A DNA stretch of 64,000 nt from Octopus vulgaris (Eukaryota). Made by a program: the position numbers and the translations under genes. Of the stretch, positions 39,045 through 52,595 are shown in pieces. The stretch lies in the NCBI GenBank assembly GCA_951406725.2, contig OX597828.1, forward strand, positions 40,486,001 to 40,550,000. The letters run 5' to 3'. Each line of letters begins with the position of its first letter. The stretch's first letter is position 1. Below the pieces are notes generated by a model that did no database searches, was not told the origin of the DNA, and was given only the letters and a program-made list of their open reading frames with translations.

Positions 39045-39270
39045 AGGTTTCTGATTTAAGCCCATGGTCAGCAAATTTGAGAAGAAGGGGTCAGTTAGTT
39101 TGTGCCATCAACTCCAGTCTTCGACTGGTACTTTATTTCATCAACTCTGAAAGGGGTGAAAGATATGTTGATTCTGACAGGATTTGAACTCAGGACATAA
39201 GGAACCAGAATAAATAATGCAAGACAATTTTTTCCCAACACTCTAATGATTCTGCCGGCTCACTGCCTTC
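39045..39270 (-). mobile_element. SINE family C, diverged
   Basis: gactggtactttatttcatcaac...ggatttgaactcagg...tctgccggctcactgcct. Confidence 0.65.
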
Positions 39271-39396
39271 CAAACCTCAAATAACGAAAATAATTATTTT
39301 ACTTGACCCCTTCAAATTCTTGATTATTTTCAGAATTAAGACACCTATTCTGTTAGAAATACAGCCATGAAAAGACTAAGCCTTCTCCTTTGCTTG

Positions 39397-39428
<32 letters not shown>

Positions 39429-40486
39429 CTCTCTCTCTGTTGTGTGTGTGTGTGAGAGAGAGAGAGATATGTTTTGCAGGATTTGTGTTAAGAATCCTAC
39501 AAGTTTTACATAATAAAAAAAACAATGACTAGATTGATGTCTGGAATGGGAATAGATGCAATATAACAGAGCACTTAGAGATTTGATTGTAAAAAACATG
39601 AAAGTATTCAATTTTTTTTTTTTTATATAGCTTTGACATTCCAGAACAAATTCTAAATCAAATATAAAACCTCTCCAATTTTTATCATAATTGTAAGCAA
39701 GTACAGAGAATTAAATATCAAACTAGATGCTAAGCTTTTAGAATACAGGAGGAGAAAATACTAATAAACAGATGTAAAATGTCTCTCTTCATCCGATTAT
39801 AAACAACCATCAGTTTTGTCTCTGAAAATGTGAATATATGAAGTGAAAGGAATAAAAACAAAAAAAGAAGAATTATGATAATAATTGTTCAATTGAAAGA
39901 TATTTGAGAAACCATTATATTTTTTCAACCACAACTGAAATGGTCAGGCCAATTATGAAATATATAATGACCAACCAGCCTGTCCATTTTTTCATTGATC
40001 ATCATCATCACCAAACACTGAAATGATGGTGTTCAAACCGGTTGCTGAAACCAACAGCAGTTTTGGTGCTGACTTCAGCAGAAACCTGGCAGTCGGCAGA
40101 CAGTAAGCAAATGAAAGGACAAGCAGTAGTACCAAACATTGGAATCCTCAATCAAGCATCATTTAATTCTATGTTGATTCTACTCAGTACAGCATTCAAT
40201 AAACAGCAATTGATTTACTCTCACAAACACACACATACACACAAAGTTTGTGTTGTGTGTGTGTGTGTGTGTGTCCAAATGCAAAAACTTCAGTCAAACA
40301 TTTTCAACAACTCTACCCATTTGCTAACATGGGCCGTTCAGCCTTCCCTCATAGACAGCAAGGACCCAATGCAGTTATGATGCATTTTCAGTTTCAGTAA
40401 TATACTGACTGTATTCAGTTAACTATATATCTCCCTTACAAAAGTTTGGCCTTGAAGCTAATCACACGAAAGGATTGGTGCATTTT

Positions 40487-40740
40487 CCGTGCTGGTGGCA
40501 CGTAAAATGCACCAATCCGACCGTGGCCGTTGCCAGCCTCGCCTGGCACCTGTGCGGGTGGCACGTAAAAAGCACCCACTACACTCACGGAGTGGTTGGC
40601 GTTAGGAAGGGCATCCAGCTATAGAAACATTGCCAGATAAGACTGGAGCCTGGTGCAGCCTTCTGGCTTCCCAGATCCCCGGTTGAACCATCCAACCCAT
40701 GCTAGCATGAAGAACGGACGTTAAACGATGATGATGATGT
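40487..40740 (+). mobile_element. SINE family B, young 3' portion with (GAT)n tail
   Basis: CpG-rich; two ggtggcacgtaaaa.gcacc units; ggttggcgttaggaagggcatccagct; ends aacgatgatgatgatg. Confidence 0.85.
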
Positions 40741-41827
40741 GTAAGAAGAAAGACTATGGCAGAACAGAAGGACAACAATCAAAAAAACTGATGAAGATGA
40801 TGATGCTGACATTTGGCCCTAGGTCAGTCATGACTGAATAAACAGACCTATGATCTAAAGCCTTCCAGCTATGATGAGCTAGTTTTTGTTTATGGTACAT
40901 AGTGTGACTAGGATTACATTCATTATCCATCCCCTTCTATTTTTAAGACAGTAGGATGTAATTTTAGGCAGATTCAGCTGGTATTTCTAGCAGGTTGAAT
41001 GAACAAGTAGAGGTGTGATGATCATAATGGCAGTGATGGTAGTGGCATTGAAGATATCCTTGATGTCTGCATCCCGAAAATTAAACCTCTTCCACCTTTA
41101 TTTTGGGGCAAAGCTGGTTAGATTATATTCTTGTATTCCTAAAATACCATTCTGACTAGGGAACAGGGAATATGATGTCAGGTTAGCATGATTTCTGTTC
41201 AGCTTTGTTGCTGCAGAGAAAAATGCAGCTGCTATTGTCTGTCTGCCAATAGGTCTCCCAGACATTAGATGGGAGATTTCTGTTGCTAAGCACAGGAAAT
41301 TTCGAGATGAGTGCCGGATGCTTTGTGTGCACATGCAACATTGGTTTTTATCTTTTTTGTTTTGTTTTTGCGATACATTTATTGGCAAACAGCACATGCA
41401 GCTAAAGGGCTTCTTAACACCAATGATGGACTTAACAGATGTGACCACCAAGAGTGAGAGCCTTTAATAAATATATGGTGGGGCAAAGAGGAGTGTGTTG
41501 CTCTCAGCAGTAACAAAAAGTGTAATATTTGGATGATGACAGCAATGATGATGATGATGATGATGATTACAGCAGAGTGTAATAATAGCATCAGAAATAA
41601 ACAACACCATGATGATGATGACAGAACAATTTACAAGGCATCAAATTATACAGCCCCATTGTCAGACAATCAAATGATACTGACCATGATAATGAAAGAT
41701 AAAAGCAGACAGACAGCTGCTGCCATGTCCCTTAAAAGCCTCTTATTTTTAGGAACTAACTATTGATTTCTATCCCCCACCACAATTTCCTATCTTCATT
41801 TTACATAAACAAATCAAGCACACTTTA

Positions 41828-41860
<33 letters not shown>

Positions 41861-43547
41861 GTACAGTGCTTGATGTAAGGCAAAGTACTTCATATAAAAC
41901 AGAGAGGGTGTATGAACTCTGCACATAAACATATCCTATAACTAGTGTCAGATCAAATTTCTGACCGAATGGTAAAGGGTTATAAATGTGGTTGACAATG
42001 TAAGGGTAAAATATTCCCCCATCCCCTGTTTCCCCACTCCATAAAAACCATGGTAGCCAGATGGTCTTTAAAGCACAAAACAAAGATGAAAACAGCAAAC
42101 ACCATTGTTAATAGCTAATATTTATTTGTAGTTACATGGGTGATTTCTGCAGAATAAATCCTTGATGAGTCAAGATCACAACTTTGTGTTGACTCTAGAC
42201 TGAGATCTTTTTAGAAAAAAAAAACACACACATACACACACACATATGTATATATTATGTATGAACATCACAACTCTCCATTTATATCTTTCTGAAAGAT
42301 ATAAGACTTGATGTCTATGTAAGAAATGTTGTTGTGTAAGCACACCTTATAAATAGAATTAAGAGTCAACTCTTATTTATTTTTTTTGTTTTGTTTGTAT
42401 TATTTATTAAATAGCTTAGAAAAGGAAGAGTAATATCCTTGACACTTTTGAAGATCTCCAGGACTGGTGGGAGGAAATTATCCCCAAAGCAGACACCTGA
42501 CCCTTTTCAAAATCTTTATGACAAATAGGGGAAAGTCATCCTCAAATTAGAGGCTTGACCTGAATGTTTACAACAGTGTGGACTCTGCTAAAAGCACCTA
42601 AGGTCCAGGTGACCATGATAAACCTGTTGACTAATTAAATCTACACACAACAATATTCCAGCTATTACCATCCTGTCAATTTTTGACAATCTAGGACATT
42701 GTCCAATGTGTCCAGAGGCCTGATGTCAATCTATGAATGTTGTGGCCTGCCCCGATTCATTGTTTTGCCTAGGGGCTTATAATGATATTAAGACAATGGT
42801 TCTGACCAGTTCTTTTAATAAGATGTTTTGGTGTATTTATAGCTAACAAACCATACAGATGTTCCCTCAATGACTCACTGTTAAGACATTACTGTTCATA
42901 GTGTGACAGTTAAGTTCTCAGAAACAAACTTTGACCGAGTTTTGTCAACCAGGTTGACAGCTGAACTAATCTGTATTGCAGCATCTTTTATTTATCTGAG
43001 ATTTATCTGAGTGGGAGTAAAAACTGGACTATCTACCATGACAAATGTACCTCACAGGTTTTTAATTCAGAGCATTGAAGGTTTGATTATGGCGCCTAAA
43101 TATATTTTATATTTTTCTATTAAATTAAATTTTTTATTTTTACATCCACCCTGGAACAGGTATAAAGATTGTATAAGTTTTGATGTTATTAGCCTAGGAG
43201 TTGTTGAAGTAAAATGGTCGTAGGAGACTAAAGAAGTGGAATTCAAAGAAATGAAACCCTGCCATAACCAACTTGATCATGTGTTGCAAATAATCTCTGC
43301 ATACTTGGGTGTGTGGGGATGGGGAATGAAAGTGATTTTCCAACTAGAGATGCTAGGATGAGAAAAAAATATTTTATTTAGAAACAATAATAAAGCCAAC
43401 AAAAGAGTTTCATATTGTGATCAAATCTACAATCCAGTGACTTTAAATTGTTAATTACAACTATTTACATGAAAGATAAAGAAATTAGTAAAGGATACTT
43501 GCCTCAACTTCAAGGAAGATAACAATGGAATCAAATATATAGACACC

Positions 43548-43580
43548 ACTTACCTCTGAAATAAAAAGAAAGAAAAAATA
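43548..43580 (-). other. Juxtaposed splice acceptor and donor (2-nt microexon or recursive splice site candidate)
   Basis: Minus strand tattttttctttctttttatttcag-AG-gtaagt, in non-repetitive sequence. Confidence 0.4.
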
Positions 43581-44504
43581 ATGTAATAGATGAATATGAA
43601 ATAATTGAGAAAGAATAGATTAATTAAAATAATATTAATATTTTGTTTTCAATATTGCAATAATATCATGAAAGAGATTCAACATTACTTGGGTAAAATG
43701 TTGCAGATTTGAAGGATGGCAAGAAATCGGATTTATAAAACTTTGATATTAGACATGATAAACATTGATTTGACAGAACTTGAATCATGCAAGTGTGTGT
43801 ATGTGTGTTGACTTCCAGGCAACTCAACATTACCGATTATATCACAGACATACTGGCAGGCAATAGATATGTGACCCATGTCCTGTCAGTAGGCCACTTG
43901 CACTTTTGAGTCTCAAACTGCTGCTTGTGATGTCTAATATCATTTACATTAACATCTTAACTGAAAATTCTTTAAAGTTTTACTAAAAATTAGGTGAAGA
44001 TGGTCATAATTTAGGATAAAACCCAGTCTCTCTCCTTCTCTCTCAATTCATCAAAACCTTACCATACAACAGTGACACCCACAAAGGATTCATGAGCCAA
44101 TGAGGAAGCCTCTATGTGGTTAGTCAACCTGCTAGAAATACCAATCAAGTATCATCCAAACCTTCTTGGATAAAAAGAAAAAAAAAACATTGAACAACAT
44201 AGTTCTAAATACAAAAAAGACGTGATGGTCATGGTTGGAATGCCTTGATCCTAAATATGCTCAAAACTGACTTCAGTAAAAAAACAGCATGCACATGACT
44301 TATTTCAATTAAAAGCAGTAAAGGAACAAAACAACATTAAATCCCTACATATTTTTAATATTGTTTTATATATTCTTATATCTATCAATGGATGATTAGA
44401 CATACGGACATCAAGAGGAGAGGAATTAAGGAGTTGTGGCAATCATAGCTCTCCTTAAAGTTATTAGCAATATAACTGAAATAAAACAGTGACAACTAAG
44501 AGTC

Positions 44505-44731
44505 AACCCTTTAAGTATTCAAACCAGCCATATATGACCCTAATATTCTACTTGTTTACGTTCAAACTAACCAGATCTGGCCTCTCACATCTATCCCACA
44601 ATGTCGTTTTAAAAATAAATAATCACATCATTGAAATCTCAAAGCTACAAGATAATGAATGGTTAATTCAAGACAAATGTTAATAAATAAGCATCACATT
44701 TGAAAGAGTAATCTGAGTGCTAAAGAGTTAA
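44505..44731 (+). mobile_element. piggyBac-like MITE family E
   Basis: aaccctttaagtattc...gagtgctaaagagttaa; internal ccagatctggcctctcac. Confidence 0.75.
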
Positions 44732-44934
44732 GAGAGATTTGGCTGCCATTTCTTGTGAGTCATGTAACATTGGTAAGGATTTTTTTTGTTTTCTTTTTTA
44801 TGTAGGTGAAAGGTCAAAATACGCAACCTTCCCCAGAATCTTACTGGTACTGATTTTAACAACAATTCACGGAATAAATGTAATGTTAATCATTGAAATG
44901 ACTTACTACATTATCTATTTCAGAGTCTGCCTTG

Positions 44935-45146
44935 TTACTCTTTTTTCTTTTTGCTTGTTTCAGTCATTTGACTGCGGCCATGCTGGAGCACCGCCTTTAG
45001 TCAAGCAACTCGACCCCGGGACTTATTCTTTGTAAGCCCAGTACTTATTCTATCGGTCTCTTTTGCCGAACCGCTAAGTGACGGGGACGTAAACACACCA
45101 GCATCAGTTGTCAAGTAATGCTAGGGGGACAAACACACAAACATAT

Positions 45147-45198
<52 letters not shown>

Positions 45199-45362
45199 GA
45201 CAGGCTTCTTTCAGTTTCCGTCGACCAAATCCACTCACAAGGCATTAGTCGGCCCAGGGCTATAGCAGAAGACACTTGCCCAAGATGCCATGCAGTGGGG
45301 CTGAACCCGGAACCATGTGGTTGGTTAGCAAGCTACTTACCACACAGCCACTCCTGCGCCTA
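44935..45362 (-). mobile_element. SINE family A, full length, young
   Basis: Ends ccacacagccactcctgcgcct; many CpGs retained. Confidence 0.9.
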
Positions 45363-46071
45363 TTGAAGAAAGTTTGAATAATTACAAATGTGAGACTTGT
45401 TGATCAGAATTGTTGATCTGGAACCAGCAGATAAGTGAATGGCAACAATGTAGAATAAAGTGTTCTGACTAAAAGTATACGAAAATGCTTGCTGAAAACT
45501 TGAACTTGAAACTCCATGAGCAGGCATTTTGATTTCCTGATAAACCTTTTGATATGGCCTAATCTGAAACTGCTCCTAGTTCTGCAAACAAAACCACTCA
45601 TCTTAAAATCTTTGTATATAAATCAAAATCTGTAAATTGTTTTGTTTTTTGTTCATGTTCCAAACTTTAAGTATGGGTTTCTGATTTAAACCCAAGGCCA
45701 GCAAATTTGAGGAGAAGGGTTCATTTAGTTTGTGCCATCAACTACAGTGTTTGACTGGTAATTTGTTGATCAGAATTACTTCCAATGCTGGACATAGCAT
45801 GAGAACACTTCATTAAACCAATCCACGTTTTAAACTTCAACCTTTCAATCATAATATTCAACTATTACTAATGTCAGTCAATGATAGGGCTTTGATCTGT
45901 TAGAAACAATAGCAGCAGCTCTAATTCCCACATCGCCTTCTAAAGAAAAGAAAAGACACATCTGAACAATGCAGTGCTAGATGCATATACGGAGATGAAG
46001 CAAGTTGGGTCATAGTTAAAAAGCTTTCTGACCATAGGCCAGAGTTGACTTGCTATTAAACAACAACAACA

Positions 46072-46109
<38 letters not shown>

Positions 46110-46989
46110 CAACAATAATCATAAAATGCTAGATATATCAGTTAGTTAGTTGACATGTTTTGTGTTTCTTTTTTGTTTCACAGGTTGAACTAAATCATTT
46201 TTTTAAATTCTTTTCTTTCCTCTCCCAAGCAACCTCCTTTTGAGCAGAATTTCAGAGTACAGTGGAAAACAAGAACAAATCTAGACTATTTGTTGAATGC
46301 TTTCAAATGCAGCATGCAATATTGCAAGTGCTAATTAGCGAGGCATTGAGCAAAATGAATGCAATGATTGTAGGACATTATATAGGAAAGGTTTCCTATA
46401 GCAGATATATGAAGCTGAAAGTCAGCAGACAAGTATAACAATGTGGAAAATGTTACAATATCACTTGATTGCTAGAAATGGTACTCTTTTGCTTTTGCTT
46501 TACTCTTTTTTTTCATTTTTCATTGTCTCTGTATCTACCACCCCCACCCTGCATTCTCCTAGCTATAATCTAATGTATTCAAGCCTGTCATTTTCTTCTG
46601 TTGTTACTCTAGAACAAAATATTTCAGTTAGAGGAATGTTGTCTGGCCTTTTCTAGTCAAGAATCAGAGATGATATATGCAATAATTTACTTTTAAGCAA
46701 ATGTCTAATAGCATTTTAAATGACATGCTAAATAGCATTAAAAAAATATTTTATTAAGTCAAATAAAGTAGCACTGTAACATTCTAGATGAAGATATAAT
46801 AATGATTTCTAAAATAGAGATAGATTTATATCAGCACTCAGTATGTTATCAACTCCACATCCCAGAAGGAGAAGAGCAGGATTTGAACTCAGACCATAAA
46901 GATCTGCAACTAGTACTACAAGGTATTTTGTACGACATTTTCTAATTTCTTCGTTTCACTTCCTCGCTCAGTTGTGAGGTTCTTGTGAG

Positions 46990-47225
46990 CCTGCAGGTGC
47001 TGGTGCCATGTAGAAAGCACCAATACTGGTACCATATAAATAGGCACCTGTGCTGGTGCCACGCATAAAACACCCGCTACACTCTGTAAAGTGGTTGGCA
47101 TTAGGAAGAGGCATCCAGCTATAGAAACCTTAGAAACGGACAATTGGAGCCTGGTGCAGCTCTCCAGCTTGCCAACTCCAGTCAAACAGTCCAACCCATG
47201 CCAGTATGGAAAACAGACATTAGAG
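46990..47225 (+). mobile_element. SINE family B with three ~26-nt subrepeats
   Basis: gtggttggcattaggaagaggcatccagct; aacccatgccagtatgg. Confidence 0.78.
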
Positions 47226-47407
47226 GAAGAAGAGGAGGATTCTATCAATTCTGCCAATCCCAATGATAATCATAATTGTAGGCACAAGGCCTAAAATTTG
47301 GGGAAGGGGCCTAGTTGATAATATCAACTCCAAAACTCAACTGGTATTTATTTTATTCACCGGGAGTGCTCACTACCTTCATCACCCTTAGTAATAAAGC
47401 TCCATGC

Positions 47408-47493
47408 ATCTTCTACTATAGCTTAGAGCCAACCAAAGCCTTGTGAGTAGATTTGGTAGACAGAAACTAAAGGAAGCCTGTCATGCATGCATG

Positions 47494-47545
<52 letters not shown>

Positions 47546-47750
47546 CGCACGTGCCTGTCCCCCTCTATCACTTGATAACCAGTGTTAGTATGTTTATGTC
47601 CCTGTAACTTAGCAGTTCAGCAAAAGAGACCAATAGAATAAGTACTAGGCTCTTTAAAAAAAAAAGTACTAGAGGTCAATTCATTCAACTAAAAATAAAA
47701 AATTCAAGGTGGTACCCCAGCATGGCCACAGTCTAATGACTGAAACCAGT
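47408..47750 (+). mobile_element. SINE family A lacking the head, with (TG)n(CG)n centre
   Basis: tcttctactatagc...gccttgtgagtagatttggtagac...cagcatggccacagtc. Confidence 0.78.
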
Positions 47751-48439
47751 GAGAAACACTGGATGTATAGGCTCCCTCATTTTCTCATTCCTGTCTTATA
47801 ATTGTTTTTAGCCTCATACTAGCAAACACAGGCCAATGACCAAGCACATTCCAGTCATGACCGCCTTTTCTTCTAATCAGTGCATGGAAGACCACATTAT
47901 GTAAGATGCCATTCCTCTTCAAAAGGAAAAAAAAAAAGGTGTCTATTTGACTGGTATTTCTAGCAAGGCATGCAGCCACATTCCTCTGTAGGCTTTCTGT
48001 ATTGTGTTCTGTTGTGTGACAAGACAGTTGGTTGCCCCTTACTTACTGACATGTCATTTTATACAAAGGAAGTGTGTTAGTTATCAACAATAAATGCGAC
48101 TAGCATGAAGGAAAAGAAGACAATTGATAAATTTAAAAGAAAAACACTCAAAGTTGCATTGAAACAAAGGTGTAAAATGTTTGTTTCTTTCATATTTTAT
48201 TATCAATTCTCAGAATCTACTTCCGCATTACTTTTATTCAGGTGCACATCATTATTTATCACCATTATCATCATCATCATGAGGATGATGGCTTGGCAGA
48301 ATTATTAAAGAAGATAAAATGCCTCCACCAAGTTCTACTTCACCTTTCAGCCCTCTAGGGTTGATAAGATAAAAGAGATCAATGGTATCACTTTACCCCT
48401 CCCCTCAAAATTGCCAGTCCTGTGCTTAAATTAAAATCA

Positions 48440-48660
48440 AATTATTATTATTATTATTATTATTGAATGAGAGAGCAGTGCATGCTGTCAAAGTGACACT
48501 GGGGTACAAATATATGAAGCCCAGTATACCCATCATGACTACCCATCTAAGGAAGGGTACACCAGGCACATGCATCACAGCCATGTGTGCATGACATCGT
48601 GATCTCATTTCAAGATAAACAGTTTATGACCTTGCAGTTGGGGCCCAGTTAGAACCTTCT
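48440..48660 (-). mobile_element. Retroelement 3' end with (AAT)n tail
   Basis: Minus strand ends gctctctcattcaataataataat; relatively GC-rich block between TTA repeats. Family unassigned. Confidence 0.5.
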
Positions 48661-49139
48661 GATGATTATTATTATTATATATTTTTTGGTAATAAATTAT
48701 AGTCTTCGCAATTAATCAAGATTCCATAGTTACATTTCTCATTTCTTTGCATATTCCAAGTCAAAGCAGTATATTTAGAACATACAGGTAAACCATTTCT
48801 AGGTATAAGTTCTTGAAAGTTTACTTGTATTATTTTGATGATATGGACTCTTAGATAAATTAAAGTAATATTTACTAGGCAGATACAATAGAGTTCCATT
48901 AATTAGGTATCCAATAATCCAGGAAACCCAGTTGAGTAGTGCTTTTTGTTGTACAAATTTCTTTCTCTATGTACCATCACTGACCATTGACCTCACTTCA
49001 TCATTTCTGATATCCAAGTTAAAAAGAAGAATAAGCTGCACCTAAGCGTTTTAAATCTGTTTTTATCTACCATATATGTTATCCATCCATTAATGAAAAT
49101 AGCTTCTAATGCTAACCGAAGTAACTGAGTTCAGAAAGA

Positions 49140-49278
49140 TAGGAAGAAGAAAGCATGTAAGTCTAACACTGCACCAAAGATTGAAATACCACAGCTTTTG
49201 AAACAGAGATGGAAATCTGAATGTTGTCATGCATGAATATAACATAGATAGATTCTTCAACAATTTATGATATTAATA
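49140..49278 (+). pseudogene. pogo/Tigger (CENP-B-like HTH) transposase N-terminal remnant
   Basis: Frameshifted GRRKHVSLTLHQ/KIEIPQLL...VVMHEYNI/SSTIYDI matches the Tigger/Jerky HTH_psq pattern. Confidence 0.6.
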
Positions 49279-49976
49279 ACCCTTTTACTGCAGAAAGCGG
49301 TTTTATGTACCAATTTATCTTTTGTTGAGGAATGTCATATTTGAAACTACTTTCTGTTGAGATCCGTCAAATTTGAGGAAGCAGGACTTGCTGAAAATAT
49401 CAATTGTATTTTCTTTTTTTTTTTTTTTGTTTGGAAGATATTTAACATCATTACTGGAATAACTATGAAATTTAACTTCACAGTGAAAAGTTTAAGAAGC
49501 AAAAGGGCCAGTTAATGCAATTTATGGCCAATTCAGAGACAAGTAAAGATATTAAAATGCAGCATAAACATAAAATGGATATATTATATTCTCATCATTA
49601 GGAACGAGTTTATTCCAGTTCTTTTTATGGGTTGTTCCCAGTTTCATCTCTATCAATGCACATCTTTCAATTCTGAAATTTATCCCATTGTTATTAGAGG
49701 AAGAAGGACAGCATGCATGCTCCTTTACAGGCCCTGTGAGATCAGTGAGCTGCAAGGAGGAAGTTGCCCTCAGCGTCAATAAAAATACCCCATGTACTCT
49801 GTAGTAATGTTTACCCAGTAACAGACTAACTCTGCCACCCAGTAACAGGAACATTCCTTTTGAAGGACTTTCACACCGCACAGTTTCCATTTACCAAATT
49901 CCACGCACAATAATTTGATCGACTTGAAACTGCAGCAGTAGACAATTGTCCCATGCATCACAGTATACCCATCTAT

Positions 49977-50251
49977 AGGCTATAGTAGAAGACACTTGCC
50001 CAAGGTGCCATGCAGTGGTACTGAACCTGGAACCATGTGGTTGGGAAGCAAGCTTTTTACTACACAGCCATGCCTGTCCCCATAGACAGACAGGTAGATA
50101 TAAATGGTAACAGAACCTGTGTAACTGGACATTCCCCAGACTGTTTCCACCTGAGTACAGGCCTTTGTGTCTGAAATATAAAGGTTTTTGTAAAACTTTC
50201 CACATTGTCAGAAGCTTTCTTATTTCCCCTTATCTTTCTTTCCCTTCTTTG
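49977..50251. repeat. Local ~275-bp direct duplication (partner 52496-52774): SINE head plus flank
   Basis: cctgtccccatagacagacaggtagatataaatggtaacagaacctgtgtaactggacatt...ctttcccttctttg occurs at both sites. Confidence 0.9.
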
Positions 50252-50635
50252 AACCAAAAGCCATGTAGATACAAAACTAACTTCTTAATAGCAGAGCACA
50301 TACTACAAAATTTATATCACAATGATACAAATACATGCATTAAAAAAAGAAATATTACATCGGTACCCCAGTATAGCCACAGCCTTAGGGCTGAAACACA
50401 TAACAGAATTACATAATAAAGATGAGCGTGTGTGTGTGTGTGCATGTATGTATATAATTGGTTGTTTGTTGACATTTTCTGCCTTGTAAGGGTAACAATA
50501 CTCAGTTTTTCTGCTGTTTTAATGGTGATACTGCGTTCGAAATATCACCTTCTTATCTGTATCGTACGATAACATTCGATGCTTCTGCAAAAACAAATGC
50601 AAGTTTGTTTATATACACACATGGTTGTTATATAC

Positions 50636-50850
50636 TTTTCTACTCTAGGCACAAGGACCAAAATTTTTGGAGAGGAGACCCAGTCGATTAGATTGACCCC
50701 AGTACACAACTGGTACTTAATTTATCGACCCCGAAGGAATGAAAGGCAAAGTCAACCTCGGTGGAATTTGAACCTCAGAACATAAAGACAGACAAAATAC
50801 TGCTAAGCATTTCGCTCGGCATGTTGACATTTCTGCCAGTTTGCCGCCTT
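50636..50850 (-). mobile_element. SINE family C, full length with TSD
   Basis: Minus head aaggcggcaaactggcagaaat; Nin/Deu-like gactttgcctttcattccttcggggtcgataaattaagtacc; TSD acatggttg(tt)atatac at 50619-50635 and 50851-50865. Confidence 0.85.
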
Positions 50851-50875
50851 ACATGGTTGATATACACACACACAC

Positions 50876-51270
50876 CTTTACTTGTTACAGTCATTTGACT
50901 GCGGCCATGCTGGAGCACCACCTGGAAGTATTTTTAGTTGAATGAACTGAACTCAGCACTTATTTTCTGAGTTACTTTTTTTAAAACCTGGTACTTATTC
51001 TATTAAGTCTTTTCCACTGAATTACTAAGCTGCAAGTGAGGTAAACATACCAACACTGGTTGTTAAACAGTGGCAAGTAACAAATAGACACAAAGTCTCA
51101 CACACACACACACAACTGGCTTCTTTCAGTTTCTGTCTACCAAATCGACTCATAAGGTTTTCATCAGCCTGAGGCTACAGTAGAAGACACTTGCCCAAGG
51201 TGCCATGCAGTGGGTCTGAACCAGGAACCTTGTAGTTGGGAAGCAAAATTTCTTACCACATAGCCATAGC
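50876..51270 (-). mobile_element. SINE family A, diverged
   Basis: gtcatttgactgcggccatgctggagcacc...tcttaccacatagcc. Confidence 0.8.
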
Positions 51271-51272
51271 TG

Positions 51273-51313
<41 letters not shown>

Positions 51314-51742
51314 GTGTAATACACACACACATATGGTCAAAGACACATCTAATACAATTGATATCATATACAATGCCATGAAAACATCCACCATACAATA
51401 GAATTTATACGCTGATAGGACAACATTTTAAAATGTATTATGGAATAAATCCTTAATTTAAGCGGATAAAATTAAAAGGATTTGAGTTAGGGGGAAATGA
51501 TGTTGAGGTATAAAAATATGCTTCTTATGATGAGGAGAGCGAGATGGAAGTCACGTAAGGTGGATAATACAATTTATTAAAAGAATCTGCTTAGTCACAG
51601 ACACGGCTTTGTAATCCCAACACTACCAGCACCAGATTAATGTTTGTATTGCTAAGACATGTCTAAGAATACATCTCATTATCCATTCTTTTCTTGAGTG
51701 AGAGAGAGAGTGGGTGTGTGTTTATATGTGTGTGTATAAAAG

Positions 51743-51785
<43 letters not shown>

Positions 51786-52055
51786 TGAAAGGTGAAGTGA
51801 GTCAATATGTGTGTATGTTTAAGAAAGTGAGTGGATGTGCATGGCAAATACAAGTTACACAAACATGGTGAAACTGTCTATAGAAATGCGTGCCAACTAG
51901 GTGTTATACGTAATCTCTATGTAACATGCAGTGGGGATCTGTTATGTGCGCTACATTGCATTCATGTATTACATATATACAGTGAACATGCATTACATGT
52001 AAAGTGGGTATGGATTACATATACAGCAAATGTGTGTGTGTGTGTATACACACAC

Positions 52056-52280
52056 TTTTATTCTTTTCCTTGTTTCAGTCATTTGATTGCAGCCATGCTG
52101 GAGCACCACCTCAAAGGATTTTAGTCAAAGAAATCGACCCCGGGACTTACTCTTTGTAAGCCTAGCACTTGCTCTATTGGTCTCTTGCCAAATCGCTAAG
52201 ACACGGGGACATAAACACACCAGCATCAGTTGTCAAACGATGGAGGGGGGGGGGCAACCACAGACACAAAGGTACAGATG

Positions 52281-52319
<39 letters not shown>

Positions 52320-52387
52320 CAAGTTGTGCAGATAATACCAGACTGACTTGGTGCTTCAACTTAAGTACCTAATTCAACTGAATATTA

Positions 52388-52422
<35 letters not shown>

Positions 52423-52595
52423 TATACATATATATACGATGGGCTTCTTTCAGTTTCCATCAACCAAATCCACCCATAAGGCTTTTGTTGACCCGAGGCT
52501 ATAGTAGAAGACACTTGCCCAAGGTGTCACGCAGTGGGACTGAACCTGGAACTATGTGGTTAGGAACCAAGCTTTTTACTGCATAGCCATACCTG
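52056..52595 (-). mobile_element. SINE family A with ~75-bp insert in its (TA)n
   Basis: Tail 52056-52275, insert ~52313-52388, head 52435-52595. Confidence 0.82.
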
